Part shown: positions 1 through 11,445 of the stretch, piece after piece
How positions within the stretch are numbered: position 1 is the first letter of the stretch
Layout: the number at the start of each line of letters is the position of its first letter
Source: Takakia lepidozioides
Lineage: Eukaryota > Plantae > Bryophyta
Reading direction: 5' to 3'
Length of the DNA stretch: 64,000 bases
Assembly: GCA_030704615.1 (NCBI GenBank)
Contig: CM060734.1
Coordinates: 34,782,001 to 34,846,000 of the forward strand
Made by a program: the position numbers and the translations under genes
The notes under the pieces: model-generated
The model's database searches: none
Told to the model about the DNA's origin: nothing
Seen by the model: only the letters and a program-made list of their open reading frames with translations

Positions 1-230
1 GTAACGAAAGACGACCGTTCTTCCCCAGGTGTGGAGAGTCGCGGTGAGCCGCGAAGCATCGCAAACACGCTCGCCTTCATAACAACTCGAAGTTCATCGG
101 CTCGGTGAGGTTCTCACTTGTTGCGGTGTTTTCATTCCATTCTATGTTATCTTCTTGCTTAGGGTGAGTCTTTTCATATGACTTCTATCTGTCGCTCATT
201 GTCCTTGCACCTTCGTTTCATTCTGCAGCG

Positions 231-1205
231 ATGGAGGATGCTTGTGAAAAGGGTGGAGCGGACTGGGTGGATTTTGTGCACCAAACAAGACTGAAGAAGG
301 AGCGAAGGTACTGGTACTCACCAGACGAGTTTGATCATAAAATAGTGGAAGCATTTGTAGACCTCCGCGCCCGGAAGCCCAAAAACTCGAATTGGCAGAA
401 GGACAAGCTCTTCTGTCCCTTCTGTGAAGAGGTTATCAAGGACAAAATCCAACTAAATCGGCATTGTGTTGACACGGGTTGCAAGGAGACTGTTGCAATG
501 ATTCCACGGGATTTCAAGCCTTGGCCGATACTGAAAGAAATGTCGATTGTCAAAGAGGCCACAATGCGCTTGCGCGGATCAGTGCTTGACCCCCGCACTT
601 TGGAATTAGACGAAGTGCGCGCACGGTATGGCGTCCATTCTGGTGGCCCGTCAATGGAGGATTTGCAAGTGCAGGGAACGCCGGACGCTCCCAGAAAACG
701 TAAACTGAGTGATGGGGCCCAAAAACAAAAAAAACAAAAAAATGAGAAGGCTGCAAGGTCTGCTCGCGAGGCAAAGGCAAAATCCATGCAACAGACTGAA
801 CCCCGTCCCGGGCGGCAGACCCACACCATCAGTATTGATACTGAAAGTGAATCTGCTCAGGGCCTGAAAGGGGTGACAAGTCCAGTGGACATTGACTTGC
901 CTGACCAGACTCAGCAGCAGACTCACACAAATATCGCGACCCATGCCATCGGTTTAGGGTCAAAACCAAAAACTCAACAGAGCACTGAAGGGCCAGTCTG
1001 CCCTGGCACATTGCGCCTCGTTGACTTTGGGCTTTTCCCACCAGAGTGCCCACCAATTGGGGATCCAGACTTCTTCCGTTATTTCTACAGAGTTGCCCAG
1101 TCAGGTCTGCTACGCACATTCATCCGACAGGCGGAATGGAACTGGTTGAACAGCTTTGAAGATGAAGATGACGATGATGAAGTAGAGGAGGTAAGGTCAG
1201 TCTGA
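231..1205 (+). CDS. Orphan 324-aa ORF, probable accessory gene of the MULE (possibly a 3' exon)
   Basis: Open frame with a CxxC..H..C cluster (CPFC...RHCVDTGC), basic NLS-like PRKRK/KQKKQK and an acidic tail. It is preceded by a pyrimidine tract and CAG, and lies next to the Ulp1-like and transposase genes. Confidence 0.45.
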   Translation: MEDACEKGGADWVDFVHQTRLKKERRYWYSPDEFDHKIVEAFVDLRARKPKNSNWQKDKLFCPFCEEVIKDKIQLNRHCVDTGCKETVAMIPRDFKPWPILKEMSIVKEATMRLRGSVLDPRTLELDEVRARYGVHSGGPSMEDLQVQGTPDAPRKRKLSDGAQKQKKQKNEKAARSAREAKAKSMQQTEPRPGRQTHTISIDTESESAQGLKGVTSPVDIDLPDQTQQQTHTNIATHAIGLGSKPKTQQSTEGPVCPGTLRLVDFGLFPPECPPIGDPDFFRYFYRVAQSGLLRTFIRQAEWNWLNSFEDEDDDDEVEEVRSV

Positions 1206-1977
1206 CCGCCCAGTCTGTTCTCTGTGCTGTTTGAGTCCATCATCGGGGTCACGTTGCCTATTCAGTCTGGTCAATCCGTTGCGTTCTCTCCTCAGTCCGC
1301 TGGCTCACTCCGCTCGTCAGTTAGTCTGTTTTATATCGCTGCATTACTTACTAAGTCCGTTTGTCAGTCCGCTGGTCCAGTCCACTGGTATAGTCTACTA
1401 GTTGCCTCCACCCTACGTACACATGTTACAGTCTGTTGGTCTGTGAGTCCAGTCCGCTGCATGAGGTGAATATAGAGTCCACGTCCATGTTCCTGACATC
1501 CAAGTTCTCTGCCATGTACCAGGATGAACGTGTTTCTATTCGTAGGGCCATTCAGGCTTGGCGGATACCTAGCAATGATGCTCCTTTGCAAGCGACTGCA
1601 GTGCGTGCGGAAGTGGACCGCGTGTGAGCGTACATATTATTGAAGTATCATGGGTCATCTGTTGCTATAGCGGCATTACATATTCAAGACGCGTCGGGGG
1701 GGAAAATGCGTCTGGGATAGCCGAGTCTGCCATCCAGTAGACTCCCATTCAGCAGCCTGTCATCCAGCAGACTCCCAACGAGCAGCATGTCATCCTGCAG
1801 ACTCCTCTCCAGGAGCCCATCATGCAGCCCATGCCGATGGGAAGTCTTGTCATCCGACAGACTGCGGACCAGCAGACTGTCTTTCTCTCACATAGCACGG
1901 CGCTTTTTGCAGTTTGGCGATCGCCATCACCGGTAATTCGACCCGGAGCTGAAGACCTCACACTTCCTTGACTTAGG

Positions 1978-4900
1978 GTGGGAGAAATTAATCCCCATTT
2001 GGATTGGCATAATGAGCTCCACCGGATTGTTGCGGACCACCGGTGGTCATTTGTACCCTTTCATTATTCCATGGAGTTTTCTATTCAGGAAGCCAACCAT
2101 GTTCTAGAAGCCGCCTCTGCTATTGCCATTGAAGCCACAAGCGACCAAAATGCGCCGCCTCTACTTGTGCAGCTGATTCTCATGGATAACCCACGGCCTG
2201 AAGACCTCAGACATATGCCTATGACACATCCAACCTTTGGGGTGCGAAGAAAGCACTTGTTCGGATTGACTGAGGAGGACTTTGAGCGCATGGCAGCTTC
2301 CTTCCTACAACACAGATGGATGCAATTTGGCAATTTCTGCTCATACAACAAGTTGATGAAGGATCTGCATAGTTTGAGGATGGACTTACTCCATGGAGCA
2401 GACCATTCACAGAAGTTTGTGGTGGATGACGCATTGCACTGGTTTGCATTGGTGATGGAGCGAGCAGTATTCGACATTGTTTTGCAGAATCCCAATGTCT
2501 TCAAAGTCCTATGGTATGGGATCCCAACTGAAGACCGCATCGGCGCCATTGCTCATCTCGATGGAGCAAGCCTGTGCCGTCAAATCAAGGACATTGGCCT
2601 CGTCGGAAATCTCTTGGAAGGTAAAATGTTATGGGCAACTTTCGTGTTTCAGCTCAATTTCTTTTGCCAACTTTTTTAGAAGTTCACATTTGCATAAACA
2701 TGTGTTGCAGGACGAGTTGATCTGGGGGACAAACAAGTGCACGCTCCTTTCGAATCTTTTGCCAGAGGTGCAAGGGACCTTGTCCTGGCTTTACAAGGAG
2801 TTCGGGAGACTGTCCAGCAGACTGGCTACAAGAATGTCCAACAACATATTCCCCACGACACATGTGGGCAGACTGCCCAAGTGCTGGAGACCGAGCATGT
2901 GCACTAGACCGTCCCGGGTAATAGGCCTAATCACTCCCAGCAGACTGCCCCGCACACACATACTCAGTATGTACAAACAATACTAAGCGGGCAGCGAACT
3001 TTGCAGACTTTGCAGTAGACCGGAGAACAGACCGGCCAACAGACTGCCTCTCAGCCGACTATGCAGCAGACCAGCAAACATGGCCACCAGATTGCCCCTC
3101 AGCAGACCGTGCAGCAGACCGACGAATCCAGCCAGCAGATTGCCCCTCGGCAGACCGTGCAGCAGACCGACGAATCCAGCCAGCAGATTGTCCCTCAGTA
3201 GACTGTGCAGCACACTGGCAAACCCACTCAGCACATGGCCGAGCAGACTATCCAGGAGACTAACAGCCAGTCTGTTCCCTGGATTGTGCAACAGACTCGG
3301 ATGCACTGGCCTCACCGGGACCCTGTGGACGAATTTCTGTTGAGTTCCCAACAACATGTTTTTGGATCTGCCAGTATGAGTGTTTTGACCGAGTCTACTT
3401 TTCCCCCAGGCACATTCACTGACGACATCATCAGGTCACCGGTAAAGCATTCTTATCCAGCTCCCCGTGGCCTGCCTTCTATGACCTTCCAGCTTAGTCC
3501 CGTTTTCGTGCGCTCAGTGGCGAAAGCCATAGATGAGTCTTACGTGATGACCAAACTCAATCTGGGAACGCAAAATCGTATCATAGATCTTACAGAAGAG
3601 TCTGAGGAAGCAATTGCCGGTGGGTCTTCCATACATATTCTTGATGTTTCCCAAGTCCATGGAGATCCGAACACCCAACCGACTGTCCACCAGACTGACC
3701 AGCACACTGAACAGTGGACACATAGAAGGACTACCGAGCAACCTGTGGCGGGGCAGCATACTGTCTTCATTGATGAGCAGATTGAACCGCAGACTAACCA
3801 ACAGACTGCATAGGTCACAGATGGCAGGACTGACCAGGATGGCTCGGAGCGGCAGACTGCACAGCTCAGCTCTGACTGCACAGTTCAGACAGCACGGCCT
3901 GACCAGCACACTGCACACTTCACAGAGGGAAGGACTGACGACCAACCTGCCACCAAGCACATTGCCCACATTGAGGAAGAGACTGAACCGCAGAGTTGCC
4001 AGCAGACTGCACAGTTCACAGACGAAAGGACTGACGAAGAACCGGCAGCCGAGCAGACTGCCCACATTGAGCAACAGACTGAACATGCTGGCAGGCACAC
4101 TGACAAGGAACCACATGCGGCGCAGACACCGTCTGGTATAGCGCTGGATTACATGGAGTCTGCTCCCTCACCCCTTGGGCAGGTTGTGCCATTTCCTCTT
4201 TCAGCACTGTTGTTTATGTTTTAGCACATTGTGAAATTGGGCTAATTCGTCATTTTGCTCGGTATCCTCACAGGATGTTTGTCCCTCTGTTGGCAGACTG
4301 TCTACTTCTGAGGACATGACGTCTTCCGCCCATGCTGCAAATGTGGGATCGACAACCAAGAAAGGTGTGGGGGTGAGCACGCCCCCCGATGCGCGGGTCA
4401 GTTCTACGCATGTGACCCACAAAGCTGCAAAGACAGGTCCAGCAAGTGTAAACAAACCTGCTGACCAGCCTCTGTTGCAAAGTAGGGCGGCATCGCTGCG
4501 TTTGTCTGCTCTATCCAGCCCGCCTACAGTTGTCCCTGCTTCCCAGGGGAGAGGCAAAGCCAAGAAGCGGACTGTCGTGGACCATGTTGAGGAGGTCGAG
4601 GAGGGTCCGAGTACCAAGAGACCGGCGAAGAAAAAGTCTGACGTCTTTATAAACAAGAACCGCAAGCTGGCCTTGGACATGGACAAAGATGTGGGTCGTT
4701 TCCTGGAGCAGCACAGGTGAGTACTGTGCTTTGTCTCCTCGTCTGTCTTTGTCGTTAAGTGCTTTACGCTCTGTTGTGGTCAGTCTGCTGCTGGTTTCAT
4801 CATTGTCTGTTGTGGTTAGTCTTGTCAGTCTGATGAATTGTTCAACATGTAGAGTGTTTGGTACCATGTTGACGTTCAGTACATGAGGCTTCCCAAAGGA

Positions 4901-5758
4901 TGGTATGCTCTGTGTAGGATGGGTGCTCGGTTTGGCAAAGCACATGCTCTGCACGTGAAGGCGGGTAATTCCATGCTGATGTTTTTTGAAGGGGACCCAC
5001 AGTTTGAATGCGGACTGTCGCCGGATGACATAAAGGCGCTCCAGAAGATTGAGTCGGAGTGCACAGATAGACTCCTGGAGCTGTGGTGTCGATTCTATGA
5101 GAAATCGGTTGAGGTTGCGTTCACCAACACTATTGTTGTTCTTCCAACGTCGACGTGGACGGTGTTGAAGTCATTTGGGGGGGGGGGCAACGTGAAAGCC
5201 TTCTGGAGGTCTTGAAAGGTTGCCTCAGCACTTAACGACTAGGCAAGGACTTGAAAGAATGCGATTTCATTTTGGTGCCAATTGGGGACGAGTAAGAACT
5301 CTTCCGAGTCTGCTGAGACTGTCTTCTGAGTCATAGCCTGGTTTCGCAGTGTCGTCTTGACTCTGAGCGATTACGTTGACCTCTGTATTTGTGCAGTGGA
5401 ACTGGGTTTGAAGATTGAGTCTGCTGAGTGCTGAGTGTCAGTCTGCTGAGTCTGCTGATCATGATTGTGCAATGACGTCATGTTGTTTGATACCATTGCA
5501 GGGGGCACTTGAGTGTTTGATCATCACCTCCGCAAGGGCTGTTACACTCACCTGAACTCTATCAGGGACTCGCATAAACGTCCCTTTGTTCTAGGGTGGA
5601 TTCGGAAGCTTCATGCTGAGTGCTTAGGGTACTCGATGGACTCACCAGAGTGGCATGAGATTGTCCAAGCATTTCAGTTCCACGCGTCTGATGTGCCCTA
5701 GCAACCATTCAGCTGGGAGTGTGGCTTTTACGTCATGTCATTCATTCAAGTGTTTTAA
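1978..5758 (+). pseudogene. Decayed spliced Ulp1-like (peptidase C48) gene carried by the MULE
   Basis: Fragments read ECDFILVPI (~5255), GHLSVF..HLNS (~5505-5560) and VP*QPFSWECGFYVMSFI (~5693-5747), matching the His/Asn-Asp/Gln/Cys order of Ulp1. The N-terminal part is low-complexity and Q/T-rich. GT-AG introns and in-frame stops are present. Assignment of the upstream ORFs to this gene is inferred. Confidence 0.6.
3040..3225 (+). repeat. 60-bp tandem repeat (~3 copies)
   Basis: The unit cagcagattgcccctc(a/g)gcagaccgtgcagcagaccgacgaatccagc recurs at 60-bp spacing. Confidence 0.85.
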
Positions 5759-6461
5759 GTGTGAGCAAAGCTGTGGCCAGAGAGAGAACACCTTTCACGA
5801 AGGACTGGTTTACTTTCAAGTTTGCACTTGGGCAGCGAATGCAGTGTGCCCAGTAGTGTTTTAGTAAGTGGATAAAAAAGCAAATGTCTCCTTACTGCAA
5901 GCCAGGTGATGAGCACTTTTGATACTGTGGTGCTGGCATGTTTTGTAATGTTGTCACTAAACTCATGGGACACAATGGTGTCAATTATTGTGCACAATGT
6001 GAGATGTCTCTAGTAGTGACTTGATGTGAAGTCTTGTACCGACTTGGGTCTGCGGTTACTACCAGTGGTAGGCACTGTCCATAAGTCCGCTGGGACGTTG
6101 GATTGGCATGAGGTCGTTAGGGAGGTAGTCCACTGGAGCCTGTCCATTTTGAGTCTGTGTTGTGGATGAGTCTGTTTGAGACTTAGTCGGTCCAGCAGTC
6201 TGCGGAAAGAGTTGCAGGGATGAGGTGGAAGTGTGACGTGAGCAGACTTTTTGGAGTGGGCAGCAAAACTGGACCAGAGCAAATGGGCTACTGGCGCTCG
6301 TAGTCTGTTGACTGGACTCTGTTGGGAGACTGTGCGTGAGTCCGTTGGGAAACTATGTTGGGAGATGTGTGGGAATCAGTTGGGAGACTGGAGGAGTCCG
6401 TTGGGAGACTGTGCATTAGTCCATTGCGGACTTGTATTTTCAGAAAGGGACAATGCTACCA

Positions 6462-6585
6462 GAGGAATTGCAGACTTATATTGTCTTCTTCGTGACACCT
6501 ACACGACGTGAAACCTTGTCTCTTTTCGAGGAATTGCAGACTTATATTGTCTTCTTCGTGACATCTACACGACCTGAAACCTTGC
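6462..6585 (+). repeat. 66-bp tandem duplication at the 3' end of the transposase
   Basis: gaggaattgcagacttatattgtcttcttcgtgaca occurs at 6462 and 6528. Confidence 0.85.
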
Positions 6586-9500
6586 AAATTTTGGAGTATA
6601 TATGTGCTGTAGGTGCAGGTGCAGACATCCTCTTGCTGGTTCTCCGCAAAACCCTAGGCCGGGTTTTCCAGGCCTCCACGAAATCTCGTCTCTTTTTCAT
6701 AGACATGTTGTTGTTGTCGTTCAGAGGACAGAAAGCCTTCGCTGCCGCAGGGTACAACATTCCAGCCGCACTTTTCGCCAGGATATCAACGAGCTGCCCT
6801 CTTCACATATGAAGAGCAGATCGGGCATGTGCCTCCAGGTATTTGTCATTACCTACAATGCGAAGTATGTCCGCGAATTCTTGTTCCATTGAGGCTAAGA
6901 CCTTCAGAGGTGCCTCGTCGTAGGGGAAGTCGTCCGGAGGATGTCTTTCCATGAACTGATTGGATTCGTCGTTGCCGCTGGCACCATTGCCCAAGAGCAA
7001 GTTAGGTAATCCTCCATGAATGGTTCCTAGCGCCGTGCCACAAGCGCGCACAAGGAGGTCATCCTGCAGGTCAGGGTGAAGCATCTTCAGGACACGGACC
7101 TGATGCTTGCATAAGTTTCCCTTCATTGTCCATGGGCACGTGCAACAACCCCAATCGCAATCAGGATTGTAAACAATGTTTGTTGTGCCGGGGTGGTTGC
7201 TGCTGAGAACGTAGGCTGGTTCACCAGGACCCAAGGGAAGAGTAACACTCTCAGCAGGAATGTCTCATGCCGCAAGTATAGAACTGGATATGTACTTTTC
7301 GTGTTTGTCATTTCTTATGAAACTGTGGGTCTTCAAATGGATTGCGTACCAGTAGTGTGTTAGCACACGGCCAGTGAGTTCCCATATAAGCCAGTCCATT
7401 CTACAACCACTCATCTTGCCTTTCCCCATGGCAAGTCTTGCCTTCAGATTTCCATGGTGCCTCAATTCTTGCGTTTGTGTCTTGGCTCGCATGAGGGACA
7501 TGGCGGGCTGCTGTACACCACATTGCTATTTCCAGTACTGTTCAATATAGTCAAGAAATTCATGTCCTTTCGGGTATTTTGACCTCATACGACGGATTCT
7601 CCTTGCAACCCACCGAAGCGCTCTTTTCTCGTTGCGTGGTCCCCCTCTACAGTACATGAGGTCTCCCATATCCTTCAACAAGTTTACAGTGGTCGCCGGA
7701 TCCTTCGGTTTCTTGCATGATTGCTTCACCCATGCCTTGCGGACATGCCAAAGGCAGAGGAAAATGAGTACTCCTTCAAAAACAATTCTGCACAACACAC
7801 ATGGTACACATTAGAGTCTTGGGATCGGACTGCAATGGTGGACTGCTAGAATGGACTGTAACAGCGACCTGTATCAGTGGGCAGAGCCACTGGACTCGCC
7901 CAGTGGACAGTACAATGTCATGACGTTGATGTGCTGGAATAACCCCATTGGACTACCTAGTGGACTTCCCCATTGGACTTCCCCTAGCTAGGACTGGGGC
8001 AGCGGACTGCCCCATTTGGACTGCCACAGCGGACTGCCGAGCGGATTTGCCAAGGACTGCCGAGTAGACTTGGCAGCGGACGGCCGACCCCAGGGATTGC
8101 TGAGTGGACTTGGCAGCGGACTTGGCAGCGGACTTGCCGGGGACTGCCAGCGGACTTGCGAGGGGACTGATGAACGGACTTGACAGTGGACTACCAGTGG
8201 ATTTGCCCAACGAACTGCCATCGGGTTTCGCCACATGAGTCTGCCAGTGGACTGTAGCAATGGACTGTTGCAGTGGACCTCGACAATGGACCGGTGTTGT
8301 GGACCAACAGACTTACCGAATAGCGTTGATTTCTGCTTCGGCATCGTCCACAATGAAGGCATTGGGTTGCCAGCTCGGCAAATCTGCGAGGAGTGAATCG
8401 CGCAAGGCTCTCATCCACGGAACCAGGTCTCTTGTCCGATTCCTCGCGGATAGGATATAGGCAACTGGTATACCGTTCAACCACTCATCGAAGACCATCA
8501 ACGTGTACAATGGGAACTGTTGGAATGCACAATGTAAGATGGTCAGAACATGCAAATTCCGCTCAGTTCTGCACGAGAAGACTTCATAAGAGTGATGAGG
8601 TCTGCAGCGGTTCACAATGGGTCTGCCCCTCGGTCTTCCGCAACGTACACATGAAAACATACAGAAAGGGTCAGCACACCAAATTTTATGTGAATGTTGC
8701 ATGGTACTATGCTATCATGCTCGTACAAGTCCATGTAATCGTTCGAATAGTACCTTGTCATGATTTGTCCCAAAAGTTGCATCACATGCAACGATACGGT
8801 CATGTCCTAGTTCCAGCATTCGTCGTTTCTGCCACGGAGTCTGTATGCCAATAGTGAATGTAAAATCTCCATCAAAATGCTCGAATGTTGGCTCTAATTT
8901 CTCCTCTTGATAGAAAAAAACGGACGCAGGATTCTGGTCTCTCCACATGCGCACACTCTCTGCATCATCGGCGTGCTTTTTGAAGGTTTGCCACGCACGT
9001 TTCTCGGCAATGTTGCAAACATCTGCTCCAACAAAAAAATCATTGCGGGTCCATGCATCGCCCAAGCCGGTGTTGTTTATCACGTGCTCTTTATGCTCCA
9101 TCATGATTTGGGCGACCGACAGGCCTCGGCACAAACACTTGACAACCCAGGCTTTCAATTCCTCGTTAATGTGTGGTGCATAGGCGTGGCGGGTGTTCCT
9201 GAACTCTGCGGACTTCCCATGCGAGGGTTTCCCTTGCGCATCTGTATGCTCCATGTTGTTGTAGTACGTGAGGACACAGATGTCAGGGGTGAGATAGCAT
9301 TGCTAGACCTTGAAACAGCATTGGCAACCACGTTTGTAAGACTCTCCATACTCCGACTTCTTTCTCCTTGGGCCTTTATGAGGGCAAGATGTTCCAGCAC
9401 CCACAAGAGGTCCTCCACGCTTCTGTTTTGGATCCTCCACTATTGCCTTGTTGGTGCGCTTGTCATCAGGACCGTAGCAGCATTGATACCTGGACAGAAA

Positions 9501-9937
9501 ATTCTAAAATCGATATCCAACAACTTGAGGAAGCATAAAATCAGAGAACTCGTGAAACAAAAAATGGCAACAGACATGCAATGAAACGTCAAAAAAACTG
9601 AGGATGGTGCACACATAATACTGGACAGAAATGTGTTGGCTCTGGGTGCTTTTCGCGAGCCGGGTTCCACTTTAGAATGGACATTCACCCAAAACTGAGT
9701 GGGGTAGTCCTCCAAACTCTCCTCTCCCAGGACGAAGTCACCAACTCTATCCCAAGGTATGCAGGCCTTTTCAACATTCACTCGCACACCCATAAACCCA
9801 TATTGCGTCTCATTCTTCGAATGGAGATCCTTCCTGTTGAAGGGTCCTGGTTTTGTTGTTTGTAAACATTGTCGAAGAGGCCGTATAAGCGGGCTTTCTG
9901 TGATCAGTATATCATCGGGTTTTGCTTCCACGTCCAT
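6542..9937 (-). pseudogene. MULE (Mutator-like) DDE transposase with SWIM zinc finger; spliced and disrupted
   Basis: Motifs in order: IVACDATFGTN, FPLYTLMVFDEWLNGIPVAYIL, FIVDDAEAEINAIR, FLCLWHVRKAW and SWIM CTCPWTMKGNLCKH. Stops occur at ~7526 and ~7265. Confidence 0.88.
7825..8310. repeat. Degenerate (G/T)GGACT short-repeat array in a transposase intron
   Basis: Many copies of cagtggact/cagcggactt/aatggactg at roughly 12-14 bp spacing. Confidence 0.8.
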
Positions 9938-10666
9938 GCCCTATACAGTACAAAAGACACGCTTCTGAACATGCAAGAAACGCGCCGCAGTACAGGACAC
10001 GATCGACAACATACCAGGAGAACAGTGCGCACGTTCGCGACTGCTGGCAAGTGGCAGGCGGCAGGGATGCAGGTTTGAATTGCAGCCCTAAAAATGGAGG
10101 GCTCGGATGGGTTATGGGAATGGACGGTGGCGATCCTGCGCCGTCAACGGACTGGATGGCAGGGGACTGGCCAGCGGACTGGCGGGCAGACCGGCGGATT
10201 GGCAGCAGACTGGCAGACTGGAGGGCAGCGGACTCATGGGCAGGGGACTGGCCGCGCGCGGACGGGGGCGCGGTTGCTGCAGCCGCGCCCGCGGCTGGGT
10301 GACCGCACGCAGCGGCGGGCGGGGCGGGCGGGGTGTTGGGGAGCCGGGCGTCCGTGCGCGGGGCCCACCGGCCACATCGCACGTGCCCATTGAAGACCCT
10401 ATTATCTTAAAATGAGAGGCCATGTCAAGTGGGGTTCGGAGCCGAACCTTAACGCTTTGACTCATTTCAATATGCGCTGTAGTAAGTACTTAATGTAGTT
10501 ATTCTATAAAAATCTCATTTTTTTTTCAGGTCAATGTCATGGATTTGTTTTACATCTACAATATCTTGAATCCAAAATTAGAATTATCCCTAAACCCGAA
10601 CCTAGAGATAGGTTTGGAAGTGGTTCGGCAGTCTGCTCACTGCTCATGGATTTTCATCCCCCGTCA

Positions 10667-10742
10667 AGCTCCTTTCTAACCCCTCTGACCTTCATCATTC
10701 TTCTCAACTTTGCAGTATCATCCCACCTGCCAGCTACAGCAT
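10667..10742 (-). pseudogene. Orphan E2-motif fragment of the PPR-DYW family
   Basis: Near-identical to ~11852-11927, which encodes YAAAGRWDDTAKVRRIMKVRGVRKE. Confidence 0.85.
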
Positions 10743-10830
10743 ACCAATCCATGCCCACAGTGACGATACACAGTTCAGCGTTGCTGTCTAGATGCTCGCG
10801 CTCATTACACCTTAGTGGTTGATTTCAATC

Positions 10831-11265
10831 ATGTTCTAAACTAGTCAGTCGTGCACTCTCAAGGCCGTCATTTCTGAGCTATTTCTACATATTCAGTACT
10901 CTGAGATCTGTCTGAACCTTGCTCACAACTTGCAGCGTTCACGCTATGTAATGACTATGCAAAGACGGGTGACACATCGTGTACAAATCTAGTACTTCCA
11001 CTTCTCTCATTGCTTCAAAATAAATGACGTTTATACAACCCATGATGAGATTCACCCGGTGGGTAAGTGACCAATCCCGTTACTAATTTTCTCACACAAT
11101 CCACGGTATTTACTGCTATACATCTCCACGTTGCGTTCTCCTGGTCTACAATCTGTTTTGGTCTAAAACAGTCTCAGCGGTTTGGTCTCTAACTATCCTT
11201 CTTTCTCATCATGTACAGTGCTTCAGTCACTGCTCACTCCTTCAGCGCATAAGAAGCATCAACTA
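10831..11265 (+). repeat. Copy of the PPR 3'-flank block (also ~22801-23200 and ~52272-52670)
   Basis: Starts atgttctaaactagtc..gcactctcaaggccgtcatttctg; all three copies lie on the + strand. Confidence 0.9.
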
Positions 11266-11445
11266 TTTTGAACACGAACTTGCACTTTTATCCCTAGGGG
11301 GATTGATTCATCTCAGCCAGCTGTTCTATTATGCACTCAACAGTACATCATGGTCAATACTCTCAAGAAATGTTGGATGATCTGAGTAGCTACACAGATT
11401 AATGAATGAAGCAAGACACTCGCATCATTCCAAGAAAACATCCTT

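Larger units (their letters stand above)
1..10463. mobile_element. MULE DNA transposon with convergent transposase and Ulp1-like cargo; left end not seen
   Basis: Based on gene content, a GC-rich repetitive subterminal region (10140-10380), a hairpin-like terminal motif (10423-10463) and an abrupt shift to AT-rich DNA after it. Confidence 0.65.

Noticed and set aside
7825-8310. CRISPR-like appearance of short repeats (also 26782-26950)
   Set aside because: Degenerate tandem units without unique constant-length spacers; eukaryotic context and no cas genes.
9912-10465. Overlapping GC-rich ORFs
   Set aside because: Low-complexity subterminal repeat of the MULE; stop-poor because of composition.
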